Shown: in pieces, positions 39,201 through 46,947 of the stretch
How the letters are laid out: every line of letters begins with the position of its first letter
Numbering within the stretch: position 1 is the stretch's first letter
IMG/VR virus record: IMGVR_UViG_3300036944_001223
Location: 498 to 64,497 of that record
DNA: 64,000 nt
Strand: one strand, 5' to 3'
Origin: a virus
Lineage: Duplodnaviria; Caudoviricetes
The notes under the pieces: generated by a model
Seen by the model: the letters and a program-made list of their open reading frames with translations, nothing else
What the model was told of the DNA's origin: nothing
Databases searched by the model: none
Translations under genes and position numbers: made by a program

Positions 39201-40132
39201 ATCTCAGAGTTAGCCGATCTTGCCGCCTTTTCAATTAAAGCAAGTTTCTTACCTTCTTTGAGTATATCAACAGCGTCTTTAGCACTGATCAAGGAAAAAT
39301 CAGCCTCTGGTGCGGCAGGCTCTTTAACGCCATCAAGCTCCTTTTTGAGTAGATCTGCTGATTCTTTTTTAGCAAAAATAGCCTTCTTCTGCTCGTCAGT
39401 CATGCCCGCCAGCTTAATTTGGTCTGCCTCTGCCTGCAATGCCTCATCTGTAAGCCCAGAAGCCTCAGCGCGAGCCTTGTAGTCTGGATTGAACCCTAGG
39501 CCAGCTTTTGCTTTTTTTGAGGGGTCTAGGTCGGACACTGAGAGACTGGCAGGATCATCGCTGAATAAAGGCACCTCACCGATGCCAGCTTCCTTACGCG
39601 CGGACGGATCATTAACAAGTTTATCCTGGCTTTGTTTAATGACCATTTTCGCGCGTCTAAGAAGGTTCGAATGATGCTGGTTTCTTAGTTTATTAATTGC
39701 CGCATCAGACAGGTGGGAATACTCAGCATCATTAAACTCAAGATCCGCCTCATCCCACCCAACTTTTTTACCTACCGCACTAATAACTGATTTTTCAGCA
39801 GCTGTTTTTTGCGCTTTAATGTCTTTTCTGGCTGCTTGCTTTGCATCATGAATGCCGGCATCTTTATCCGCGCTAATCTGCTCTTTTCGTTTAGCTTTAG
39901 CCTCATCTTTCTTTTGCTTTGATTCTTTAGCGTACTCGCCTTTTGATTTAACGTTCCGAAGCTTCAGATAATTTAAACTGCCACCAGCGCCGCCAATTAC
40001 TCGAGCTGATCCGTCAGGCTGAGGCTGAATAAGAACAGCCTGACCTTTACCTGAGCCATTACCGCCGTGAACAGTGATCCAGTGTGCGTCCTCAGGGATA
40101 GCGGACGCTTTAGTTAAGATAACCTTTTTCAA
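36245..40132 (-). CDS. Large SNF2-type helicase/translocase in head operon
   Basis: PQQRAI, GAGSGKT, VDEAH, ASGDPVKND.SE, DAGAVGMNLQ, QRQARIDRIGQ; long helical N-terminal region. Confidence 0.85.
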   Translation of the reverse strand: MKKVILTKASAIPEDAHWITVHGGNGSGKGQAVLIQPQPDGSARVIGGAGGSLNYLKLRNVKSKGEYAKESKQKKDEAKAKRKEQISADKDAGIHDAKQAARKDIKAQKTAAEKSVISAVGKKVGWDEADLEFNDAEYSHLSDAAINKLRNQHHSNLLRRAKMVIKQSQDKLVNDPSARKEAGIGEVPLFSDDPASLSVSDLDPSKKAKAGLGFNPDYKARAEASGLTDEALQAEADQIKLAGMTDEQKKAIFAKKESADLLKKELDGVKEPAAPEADFSLISAKDAVDILKEGKKLALIEKAARSANSEIDKAKAEPKAFVIEASDADIDAKMAKDLESELNTVQTKAFLSEVHRIAGGSPEDTLGGHIGVGAYNSINSLALAVGGEALVDRSVVDVLGIAGASQILARRLQSDLSPEELGHVTAGMQDWHLNHYMQTSTESLKKARELTDAAKDIEISAEATNGAELSLAQELNGRRRAAIGDAQRILGQSLGEMEANASLVMALKQGKQDHFEVSLGQIGAQQAIKQIRAIGLMPGDYELERVGGDTFLKVNADGMDRLAKPVSRDDVQQVKRNLSIIRGDQDEDGWLPLGVDNRPDLAMEVKPGIVEQAEADSPELNSQKFEVNQKSVDALHRALSEHPEGVTAYKQIGELSKTDQRVLRDHFTDSTGMGWKDFVGQMSGAANAYATAQDMVRSKLSNSFVQHHNKLNPSSPLKAGKGQLRNGIDFNGITGADSSKVTLGTEAENQIAGMMGIVGQNFKPNQPTKLWGISMSGKYAPQQRAIKLIAANKRVALAAGAGSGKTNIMLGAHAHLSGLGKVKRSIMLVPSIVQGQFSGEALRLLEAGKFKTHIQPGASQAERIAAYKDPETHIAVMTHQSFRDDMIHLASQHAGVSESEMTSKIGSMSTAERKQWAADTMKKEGINFDASFVDEAHDTLNRAGKENSSLANVVEAVGHNTPYHVYASGDPVKNDSSEIHSLLQKMDPEKYSDRNEFMRKYGADTIASKQALKREMARYVFPTSISPDVARSRLTEKVPLSAGQKKALDELSQHMIKARAARTTGKVDIAAAKAISPNSFDGVPESEHENIAKGIQNSLGILRSSAVNKIINTHPDNAKVAHAVEMVKQRNGKQGVIFARNKASVEQYRQAMEAIGKKVVTITGSDSAKDKDAKRKLFNPEKGEAQADILIASDAGAVGMNLQSGQYLIQHDISQTAKTHSQRQARIDRIGQKNAIELIDLHGDHPEERKAYDRLMKKYALKDMMADPMDGLDDSGVAGYISARKKMAASGQSLL

Positions 40133-40144
40133 AATACTAGCCCC

Positions 40145-41293
40145 TTAGCTTAACGTTTCAAGCAACCAGTCTGAAAATTCTTTATCATCATTCTCAGCCA
40201 TTTCAATTGTAGGAACCCATCTTCCCCTGCAATGTGGGTGAACTAGGCCAGCAGGCAAGTGCCACATCTCATCTTGACTTCTAGGCACCAACAACGATCC
40301 AACCCTTTTACGCGGAGAGGCCGAACGTCCTATATTATTTTTGCCGGGCCAGATTTGCGTCTCTGGATTTTTAACCGCAGCAGTAGGTGAAACTACTTCA
40401 GCAATTACACCATCAATTCTTTTGCAAAAGGAGCATGCATTTTGATATTGCTCCACACGTTTTACTCGAGTTCCCGGCTTTAGGCTGGCAATATAACCCT
40501 GCGTCTGTGCCTCGCCCAATTCAGTTACAGCAATTCTGCGCCAGTCTCTATTTAATACCCCGAACTGATCGAGCAACTTTGACTCAAGAGAAGGGCTAGC
40601 AACTCCAGCCGGCTGAGATTGCGTCGACTCAATATGCTGTAAAATTGTGTTTTGCATTTTATGACGCACAGAGTCAGTAAGTGCTCTGACATTTTCTGCC
40701 GCCTTTACTCTGGCAAAGCCAATCTGTGATTTTAATTGCGCTGACAGGTTAAATTGCGATGTAGCTGTAGAGGCTAGTGACGGGAGCGCGGCTAGAATTA
40801 AATTAGCCTGAGCTATGGTAGCGTCAGCCGTCATGTGAGCTTGAACTTTGCCCATCATCGAGGCTTTTGTTGTAGCCCACTCGCTTTCTGTTAATAGTTC
40901 GTCGATAGGTAAATAGCGCTGCACAACATAATCAACGGCCATCATATGATCGTCCAGTGTCCACTTGCTCACTGGTAATGCTTGCAGATAAAGCTTAACA
41001 AGATCCAGCTCTGCTTTTCCCCACTGTCTCATCATGCCGGGCTTATGTTCCGGCATAATTGCATCAGGGTTGTGATAAACCCCACTTTCCCATTCAATTA
41101 GCTGTTTTTTCACCTCAGCCAAACGATCTAGCCCGCGCTGAGTAAACATTTCAATTAAACGGCGGATCAACTTGCTTTCATGAGGCTTCCAAATACCTTC
41201 ATCATCTTCATGGGATGATTTGCAAATAAGCTCAAGCGCATCATCAGTAACGCGAGCCGATAGGTTTGAAATGTCGAGAAATAACGGATCCAT
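40145..41293 (-). CDS. Minor head morphogenesis protein (SPP1 gp7/Mu gpF-like)
   Basis: RDWRRIAVTE, CSFC, HPHCRG. Confidence 0.85.
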   Translation of the reverse strand: MDPLFLDISNLSARVTDDALELICKSSHEDDEGIWKPHESKLIRRLIEMFTQRGLDRLAEVKKQLIEWESGVYHNPDAIMPEHKPGMMRQWGKAELDLVKLYLQALPVSKWTLDDHMMAVDYVVQRYLPIDELLTESEWATTKASMMGKVQAHMTADATIAQANLILAALPSLASTATSQFNLSAQLKSQIGFARVKAAENVRALTDSVRHKMQNTILQHIESTQSQPAGVASPSLESKLLDQFGVLNRDWRRIAVTELGEAQTQGYIASLKPGTRVKRVEQYQNACSFCKRIDGVIAEVVSPTAAVKNPETQIWPGKNNIGRSASPRKRVGSLLVPRSQDEMWHLPAGLVHPHCRGRWVPTIEMAENDDKEFSDWLLETLS

Positions 41294-41318
41294 ATAATAA
41301 TTTATCCTCACAATAATG

Positions 41319-41509
41319 AAAAAACCCAGCTACTTTGCAGCAGCTGGGCAGTGCCTTCATACGGCTACCGATCACTCGGCTGTCGGCTGCGCTTTGCGCT
41401 ATACCCGCTCTCTCTTGTTTCCAAAAAAGCACCATGAGCGCTCATGGTTGGGATTACCCGGCTATTTACCCCTAGCCGGCCGCTCCGGGTCTAAACGTTA
41501 TGCGGGGCC
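41319..41509 (-). ncRNA. Candidate structured RNA ending in an intrinsic terminator
   Basis: GC-rich intergenic gap with consecutive hairpins, three GNRA loops and G-U pairs valid only on the minus strand. Confidence 0.6.
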
Positions 41510-41776
41510 TTATTCTTTTGCTCCGCTTGGGATACCGATGTAACGCTTCTTTCCATCTTGGTTTTGCACGATCAAGCCATCTTCACCGTGTTGCAAAACT
41601 GAATACTTTTGAGGTGTTCGCTTCTTGAAACCGCTTATTTCATGCCATTTTAGCTTATGAGTATTACCCTCATGCTCAACATGGCAACCATGCTTTCCAG
41701 CGCTTAAAACTTTACCATGCACGGGCTCGCCAGCTTTATGGAAGAATACTTCATCACCAGGATATGCGCGACTCAT
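41510..41776 (-). CDS. Hypothetical protein (SH3/KOW-like)
   Basis: PGDEVFF, GKV.SAG.HG; ATGA coupling. Confidence 0.65.
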   Translation of the reverse strand: MSRAYPGDEVFFHKAGEPVHGKVLSAGKHGCHVEHEGNTHKLKWHEISGFKKRTPQKYSVLQHGEDGLIVQNQDGKKRYIGIPSGAKE

Positions 41777-42012
41777 TTTAGCTCCTCACCTAACTTAAAC
41801 TGAAATAAATCAGGATTATCAGGATAGACCAAGGGCCTAAACGTACCCTCTAAAGCAGAAAAAAAATCAAAAACTATATCAAGAGCCACATGCTTAGTCT
41901 GAACTTTAAACTCACCAGATGGATCCCCGATATATACTGGCACGCCATAATAGGAACCGTGATGAGTGAATCCTAACTCTTTAGCTTTTTTTACTGTGAT
42001 ATAACCCAGCAT
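41773..42012 (-). CDS. Hypothetical phage protein
   Basis: GFTHHGSYYGVPVY; coupled in operon. Confidence 0.65.
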   Translation of the reverse strand: MLGYITVKKAKELGFTHHGSYYGVPVYIGDPSGEFKVQTKHVALDIVFDFFSALEGTFRPLVYPDNPDLFQFKLGEELK

Positions 42013-42013
42013 T

Positions 42014-42370
42014 TCAAGCCTCTATCTCTGGCAGATCTACAGTTTTACCAGCAAGAATATGAGTGCAATCACCCAAAAACTGAATCTTCCCATCAGTAAC
42101 AAATGAGTGACATATTCCACACTCAAAACCGTCTCTTTCTTCATCAGGATTTTCTTCAAAATAAGTACACCAACATGGTTCACCTTTTTCCCAGTGTTTA
42201 GCAAAATGCCCGTAACTAGCTAATATAGAAGGCTGAAATGTTGGCCTGTCAAAATTGCCATTGAAAGACCATGCTGGTCCGCTGGATCCTCCAATGTTTA
42301 ACGAATGGTACATTTTGCAACCTGGACATTTAAATGATGCTATATTTTTAGTTATTTTAACTTTGCTCAT
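42014..42370 (-). CDS. Zn-binding phage protein (DUF6527-like)
   Basis: CPGC..YH, W.FNG...RPTF.PSI, CHSFVTDG.IQFL.DCTH.LAG.TV.LP. Confidence 0.75.
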   Translation of the reverse strand: MSKVKITKNIASFKCPGCKMYHSLNIGGSSGPAWSFNGNFDRPTFQPSILASYGHFAKHWEKGEPCWCTYFEENPDEERDGFECGICHSFVTDGKIQFLGDCTHILAGKTVDLPEIEA

Positions 42371-44088
42371 GGCTCTGGCTTCCAGATTGGCAACCCAAAA
42401 GACTTGGCCATTTGATCGCCATCATCTTCTTGATCTTGCTTGTCATCAGGTTTGCTTTCAGGATCTTCTTCGTTAGAAGATTTGTTTTCATCTTTAGGAT
42501 CTTGTTGGTCTTTAGGATCTTGCCCAAAATCTCCGCCGCCATCTGGATTGCCGTAGTCCTCGCTGGACGATGCTATTGATTGCATATACGCGCCCATTAA
42601 ATTCTGGTTCAACGGAGCGTTGTTTAGCACCTCGTCTTTGATCTCATCCCATCCGCGAACCTTTCGAGCTTCACCCCATGTTAGCAGCGTAGTTTCTTCA
42701 TCCCACTGTTGTTTTGCATCGGTTTCGTCGAGACCTGACCAGCGGAATAAGTATTTATCACTAAACTCAGCAACAACGTAGTCAGAAAAAACATCTTCAA
42801 AATAAGACAGAAGAGGGCGAAGGCCCTTATCTTTAGAGTTAATCAGCTTCTCTTCTGTATCCGATCCAGATAACGAGCTTGCGCCATTGGTGAAACTCTC
42901 GAAATTTATCTCATCAGGAGCCATGCCGTAGATCGCGCAAATAATTGATGTTAAAAACGTCATCCATTTGGAGAACATCATTTCATTTACGTCGACACCA
43001 AAATTCTCGAAACTTGCTTTTGACTCTTGGTTTTTACTGACCATTACAGGCAGAGTCCAAGCGTTATTGATCCCCTTCACCATCGAGTTCCAATAACGCT
43101 TAAAGGCGCTCATATCGTCTTGGCTATAATCACCAGACAAGTGAAGTAAGCCCTTAGGGATCGCATTGGAGTCAAAATATTTGTTGTTGTACGTCATGGC
43201 ATTCAGGAAGCCGGTCACAACTTTTACTAATAGCTCTGTTTCTGACATGCCGTAGCCGCCGACCATGACATCAGTACGCGGGTTCCTTGGCACATAGATC
43301 AGGTCGTCATACGTGTAAGCCGCTCTGATTTGGCCTTGGGCAACCTGCAAGGCAAATAGTTCGTCATCGCCTTGGTAGCCTTCCTCATTACACAGTCGTA
43401 TCGTCGCGCCATCGACAGCATACATGCCGTCCATCCCTTTAGACTTATCGCGCTTGTATTCAGTCTCGATCGCAGCGCTATCCATTGTTAGGCTGTCTCG
43501 AGTAAGTTTGGCCACAAAGTTAGAGAAATTATCACGTTTAAGTCTTGCGCGTTGACGCGGGTTATTTTCCCATCCGCAATTTGTAAAAAAGCTTTCAAGC
43601 AGAACAATACTCTTTTTTTCCGCCTCACCTAATTTCGCAGAGGGATCTTTCGACTTGATATTAAATCCTGGTCCTTTACCGCCTTCTGATACGCGGCAAA
43701 AACGCCTTAATTGGCGTTGGCGAGTGAGTATTACAGCGGAAAGAATCGGCGTCTGATCGACCATTGTTCGCATCATATCAAACGAGAATGCACTATTTTT
43801 CTCGTACCACTCACCCATCATTTGGACGCGGGTATCATCGAGATATAACGATTGCATACCGGGCTGCCCAGTGGCGATAGCGCGGCTAGGAAAAGGGATC
43901 ACATTGGGCTTAGATAAAGCTTTAGTAAACTGCTGATCCTGATATTGCTCCGCAACATAGCGGACCAGTTCCGTCATATTGGGAACAGTCGAGGGCATCG
44001 CGTCTTTTTGAGCTTCGCGCAATGCATCCTGCCGCTCATCTTGTGGCGCTGCAGGGTTATGTGAAACTTCTAAGGCTTTATCTGTCAT
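42367..44088 (-). CDS. Portal protein
   Basis: RDSLT.D, VDGATIR, PRNP, YGMS..E, F...AIPKGLL, M.F..W, YG..PDEI, SKDKGL.PLL, EAR...G. Confidence 0.9.
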   Translation of the reverse strand: MTDKALEVSHNPAAPQDERQDALREAQKDAMPSTVPNMTELVRYVAEQYQDQQFTKALSKPNVIPFPSRAIATGQPGMQSLYLDDTRVQMMGEWYEKNSAFSFDMMRTMVDQTPILSAVILTRQRQLRRFCRVSEGGKGPGFNIKSKDPSAKLGEAEKKSIVLLESFFTNCGWENNPRQRARLKRDNFSNFVAKLTRDSLTMDSAAIETEYKRDKSKGMDGMYAVDGATIRLCNEEGYQGDDELFALQVAQGQIRAAYTYDDLIYVPRNPRTDVMVGGYGMSETELLVKVVTGFLNAMTYNNKYFDSNAIPKGLLHLSGDYSQDDMSAFKRYWNSMVKGINNAWTLPVMVSKNQESKASFENFGVDVNEMMFSKWMTFLTSIICAIYGMAPDEINFESFTNGASSLSGSDTEEKLINSKDKGLRPLLSYFEDVFSDYVVAEFSDKYLFRWSGLDETDAKQQWDEETTLLTWGEARKVRGWDEIKDEVLNNAPLNQNLMGAYMQSIASSSEDYGNPDGGGDFGQDPKDQQDPKDENKSSNEEDPESKPDDKQDQEDDGDQMAKSFGLPIWKPEP

Positions 44089-44094
44089 AGGGAA

Positions 44095-44110
44095 ATCTTG
44101 GCATCACGAC
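44095..44110 (-). promoter_or_regulatory. Putative late promoter of portal operon, leaderless geometry
   Basis: GTCGTGATGC-CAAGAT-6nt-ATG, no SD. Confidence 0.8.
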
Positions 44111-44205
44111 GTGTGCACATTGTATCACCAAACCTATTTACTAAGAAATATTGTCTCATTGCTCAAATTTTGATATTGTAACGATAATCAACAAGGGGGA
44201 CCGCC

Positions 44206-44631
44206 ATGGACTTGCTTTCAACAAAACAGCTTTACATTGTACGTTTTTTGTCTAAACAGCGATTATTAAGAGGCACTGAGCTCAGCATTAGTCGAAATAT
44301 CAAGTGCGAGAAGCTGATTGTAAAAAATCTGCTCACTCAATTAAAAGATATCGGCATTGTTTCATACTGCAATACATCTCGCGTTTACACCATGACTGAT
44401 AAAGGGCGACGACTTAGTGAAACATTGCCGAAGATCGCTTTAGAGGACACGATCGGCGTTCACGCTTTAGAGCTGGAAACGGTTGAAGCTAAGCCGCGAA
44501 AAATAAAAAACTATGACAAGAAATTAAATCTGCTATCCCGCCTAATGGAGCTTTTGGACTATGACGACTCAGAGATGGTTAAGTCGATCAAAAAAGACCT
44601 GAAAAGCCTACACATAAAATCTGATACATAA
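44206..44631 (+). CDS. Winged-helix DNA-binding protein (MarR-like)
   Basis: LS.KQ..I..FL, ELS, L..L.D.GIV, Y.MTDKGR. Confidence 0.7.
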   Translation: MDLLSTKQLYIVRFLSKQRLLRGTELSISRNIKCEKLIVKNLLTQLKDIGIVSYCNTSRVYTMTDKGRRLSETLPKIALEDTIGVHALELETVEAKPRKIKNYDKKLNLLSRLMELLDYDDSEMVKSIKKDLKSLHIKSDT

Positions 44632-44737
44632 TCAGATCTAAACTAAAAATACCGCCAATGCAGTCAATAACTTATCTGGCTGCATTTTCTTTATTGGGCG
44701 CACATAGGGCGCTTATTCAAAAAATAGCAATTAATTG

Positions 44738-44766
44738 TTGCATTAATTAAATTTGATGCTTATTAT
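44738..44766 (+). promoter_or_regulatory. Sigma70-type early promoter with operator-like site in spacer
   Basis: TTGCAT-17-TATTAT; TTAAATTTGA at 44747. Confidence 0.65.
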
Positions 44767-44808
44767 ATTTAAAATAAACCGCCAAAAGTCCACAGAACAG
44801 GGATCATT

Positions 44809-45564
44809 ATGACCGATAACGTAGATAAAGAATTTGTACCAACAATCAATCCAGTAACCGCCACAGTGCAAGAAATGTTCGGACAAGTGCTGCAACAACG
44901 CATTCAATCCGGTGCGTTTGAGGAAGCTATTGGCAAGTATGCAGACAAGCTGATTGATCAAGCCGCAAAAGACTGCCTAGATAGTTACGGAGGTGTTGGT
45001 AAAGCATTAAAGGAGCAGTTTGCAAAAGCGATCATGCCGCAACTCGATAGCATTGCGGATCTTCCTACTTATCATGAATTTGTCACTAATCGACTTAAGC
45101 TAGCTACTCAGCAGTTTTACGATAGTCGCCTTGCTACCGTGCTGGACGCCGAGCTTAAAGAATTGCTTACTGAAATACCGGAGCAAATCACTTTGTCATG
45201 GTTAGTAGAAAAAGTAATGCAAGAGCGCCGCAATGATGAAGATGATTACGAAGGCGAAATTACGCTGATTATTGAAGAAGATAACACCTATGGAAAATGG
45301 GCGCACATCTACCTTGATAAAGATGAGAATAAATCAAAGCGCGATTGTGAGTACGATATTCAACTAAGACACGAAAAAGAATCAGCAAAATGGGCAGTAA
45401 TCGGGGTGCGCATCAACGGACACAAAGCGGGTGAGCAACTTAGCATGGGCCGTCAATACGGCTTTGAAAAAATCCTGTTCAACATCTACGCCATGAAAGG
45501 CCAAATCGAGCTTGACGAAGGGATGGATTCTTCAGACTACGAAACCAGCTGGTGTAACTACTAA
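44809..45564 (+). CDS. Hypothetical phage protein
   Basis: 251-aa ORF with RBS after promoter. Confidence 0.7.
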   Translation: MTDNVDKEFVPTINPVTATVQEMFGQVLQQRIQSGAFEEAIGKYADKLIDQAAKDCLDSYGGVGKALKEQFAKAIMPQLDSIADLPTYHEFVTNRLKLATQQFYDSRLATVLDAELKELLTEIPEQITLSWLVEKVMQERRNDEDDYEGEITLIIEEDNTYGKWAHIYLDKDENKSKRDCEYDIQLRHEKESAKWAVIGVRINGHKAGEQLSMGRQYGFEKILFNIYAMKGQIELDEGMDSSDYETSWCNY

Positions 45565-45619
45565 CTAATTTTTAAACCACTAGGCCAGCTTAGCTGGCCA
45601 AATTAATCAGGAAATCAAT

Positions 45620-46555
45620 ATGCGCCAATTTATTAAAAATGCACGAGTTTTCTCAGCTGTTTTACCTGCGGCAAATCTGTTAGCTGAGCATTTGAAAGAG
45701 TTGCTTTTTACCCCAATGTCATCTTCAAACATCGTCGCGTTTGGATTCGAAGCCAACGACACGACTAAGGAGCTAGTTACCCAGCTGCAAGGCGGGTTCT
45801 CGTTTACGTTCCGCTTTGATCAAAAGATTATCCCCGGTGATATCGTTAAGCAGCGTCTCCAAGTTTTCAAAGAGAACTTCTTCGAAAATATGGGCCGCCG
45901 CCCAACTAAGACGGAAGTCGCAGAACTAAGGGATAGCGTCATCACTTTAATGGCCTCTACCGCGCCGATTCGCACGAAGCTAATTCATGTTTTTTATAGC
46001 CAGACGGAGCAGCTGTTATTTATCCCTGTCATTAGCAAGTCTATGGCTAGCCGAATTATGGGGCAGCTTATCAGAGCCTGCGGCTCAGTTAAGACGACGA
46101 CGATCCATGTTGACGGGCTGACCAACGGCCTTGCTAGTCGATTAGTTGCATATTTGAACCGTGAAGATGACACCGAATCAATGGCGTTTGATGGCGAGTT
46201 TGAGCCAAGCTCTTATGTTGTACTGGGTTGCGGAAAAAATAAAGTGACTTATGACCTTAATGATCTAGGCTCTGGCAGTGTTGGCATTATTGAGCGCGTA
46301 GACGCCGGATTTAATGTAAATAGTCTGCAATTAGAGCGCGGCCCAGTAAGTTTCCGTATTGACTCTGAGTTTGTATTTAAAGCTATCTCTTTGCCAGAGT
46401 ATAGCGACGATGAAGCTGCCGATGATATGGCTTATCAATGGCGCCAGCAGGCACAAGGCGAGATCATTCTCATCGCTGACGCAGTTAAGGCGCTATGTGT
46501 AATGTTTGACTACAAGGCTCCTGAAGAATCAGTTGAAGAAGCAACTGAAGAGTAA
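45620..46555 (+). CDS. rdgC: RdgC-like recombination-associated protein
   Basis: FIKNA.VF, FTP....GF, KIIP...V, KTEV.ELRD.V, V.SL.L, F.IDS.F.FK. Confidence 0.75.
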   Translation: MRQFIKNARVFSAVLPAANLLAEHLKELLFTPMSSSNIVAFGFEANDTTKELVTQLQGGFSFTFRFDQKIIPGDIVKQRLQVFKENFFENMGRRPTKTEVAELRDSVITLMASTAPIRTKLIHVFYSQTEQLLFIPVISKSMASRIMGQLIRACGSVKTTTIHVDGLTNGLASRLVAYLNREDDTESMAFDGEFEPSSYVVLGCGKNKVTYDLNDLGSGSVGIIERVDAGFNVNSLQLERGPVSFRIDSEFVFKAISLPEYSDDEAADDMAYQWRQQAQGEIILIADAVKALCVMFDYKAPEESVEEATEE

Positions 46556-46596
46556 GCTAATTCGATCAAAGCCCCGAAAGGGGCTAAGGTTTCATA

Positions 46597-46947
46597 ATGA
46601 AAGTCTATAAAAAAGTTAAAGTTAAAGGTCTCACATGGTCTGTTCTTAGCGCAAATGAAAGGGCTTGCTCATTCAAGGGGCGCCACTTCTTTGCTCTTCG
46701 ATGCCATTCTAAAATGTTGTGGTCACTAACGGAGCATGACTGCGATATAACAAGCTCAAGTGACGGAGCTAGACAAGTCGGTTACTTAGAACACCGGCTG
46801 CCAACGCCACTACTCTCTAATGCTGTAATTTGGGTTGTTCATAGCAACTTCATTATGGAAAAGAAAGGTAATGGAGAGCCGCTTAACCGACTAACGAAAG
46901 ATGCTACGCTTGATTTTGTCCAAAGTATTAAGGATTTGAAGCTATGA
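46597..46947 (+). CDS. Hypothetical protein
   Basis: In operon, AAGG RBS. Confidence 0.6.
   Translation: MKVYKKVKVKGLTWSVLSANERACSFKGRHFFALRCHSKMLWSLTEHDCDITSSSDGARQVGYLEHRLPTPLLSNAVIWVVHSNFIMEKKGNGEPLNRLTKDATLDFVQSIKDLKL

Noticed and set aside
12352-39674. Long antisense ORFs such as 12352-12774, 26984-27370, 28824-29339, 34551-35048
   Set aside because: Shadow frames of well-supported minus-strand genes; Ser/Pro/Thr-biased, no RBS
41299-41314. ATTGTGAGGA-TAAATT as a degenerate late promoter for the gpF-like gene
   Set aside because: Only about half the core matches and GAGGA is adequately explained as the RBS
41244-41543. ORF-track ORFs 41316-41543(+) and 41244-41435(-)
   Set aside because: No RBS or protein-like features; region is better explained by RNA structure
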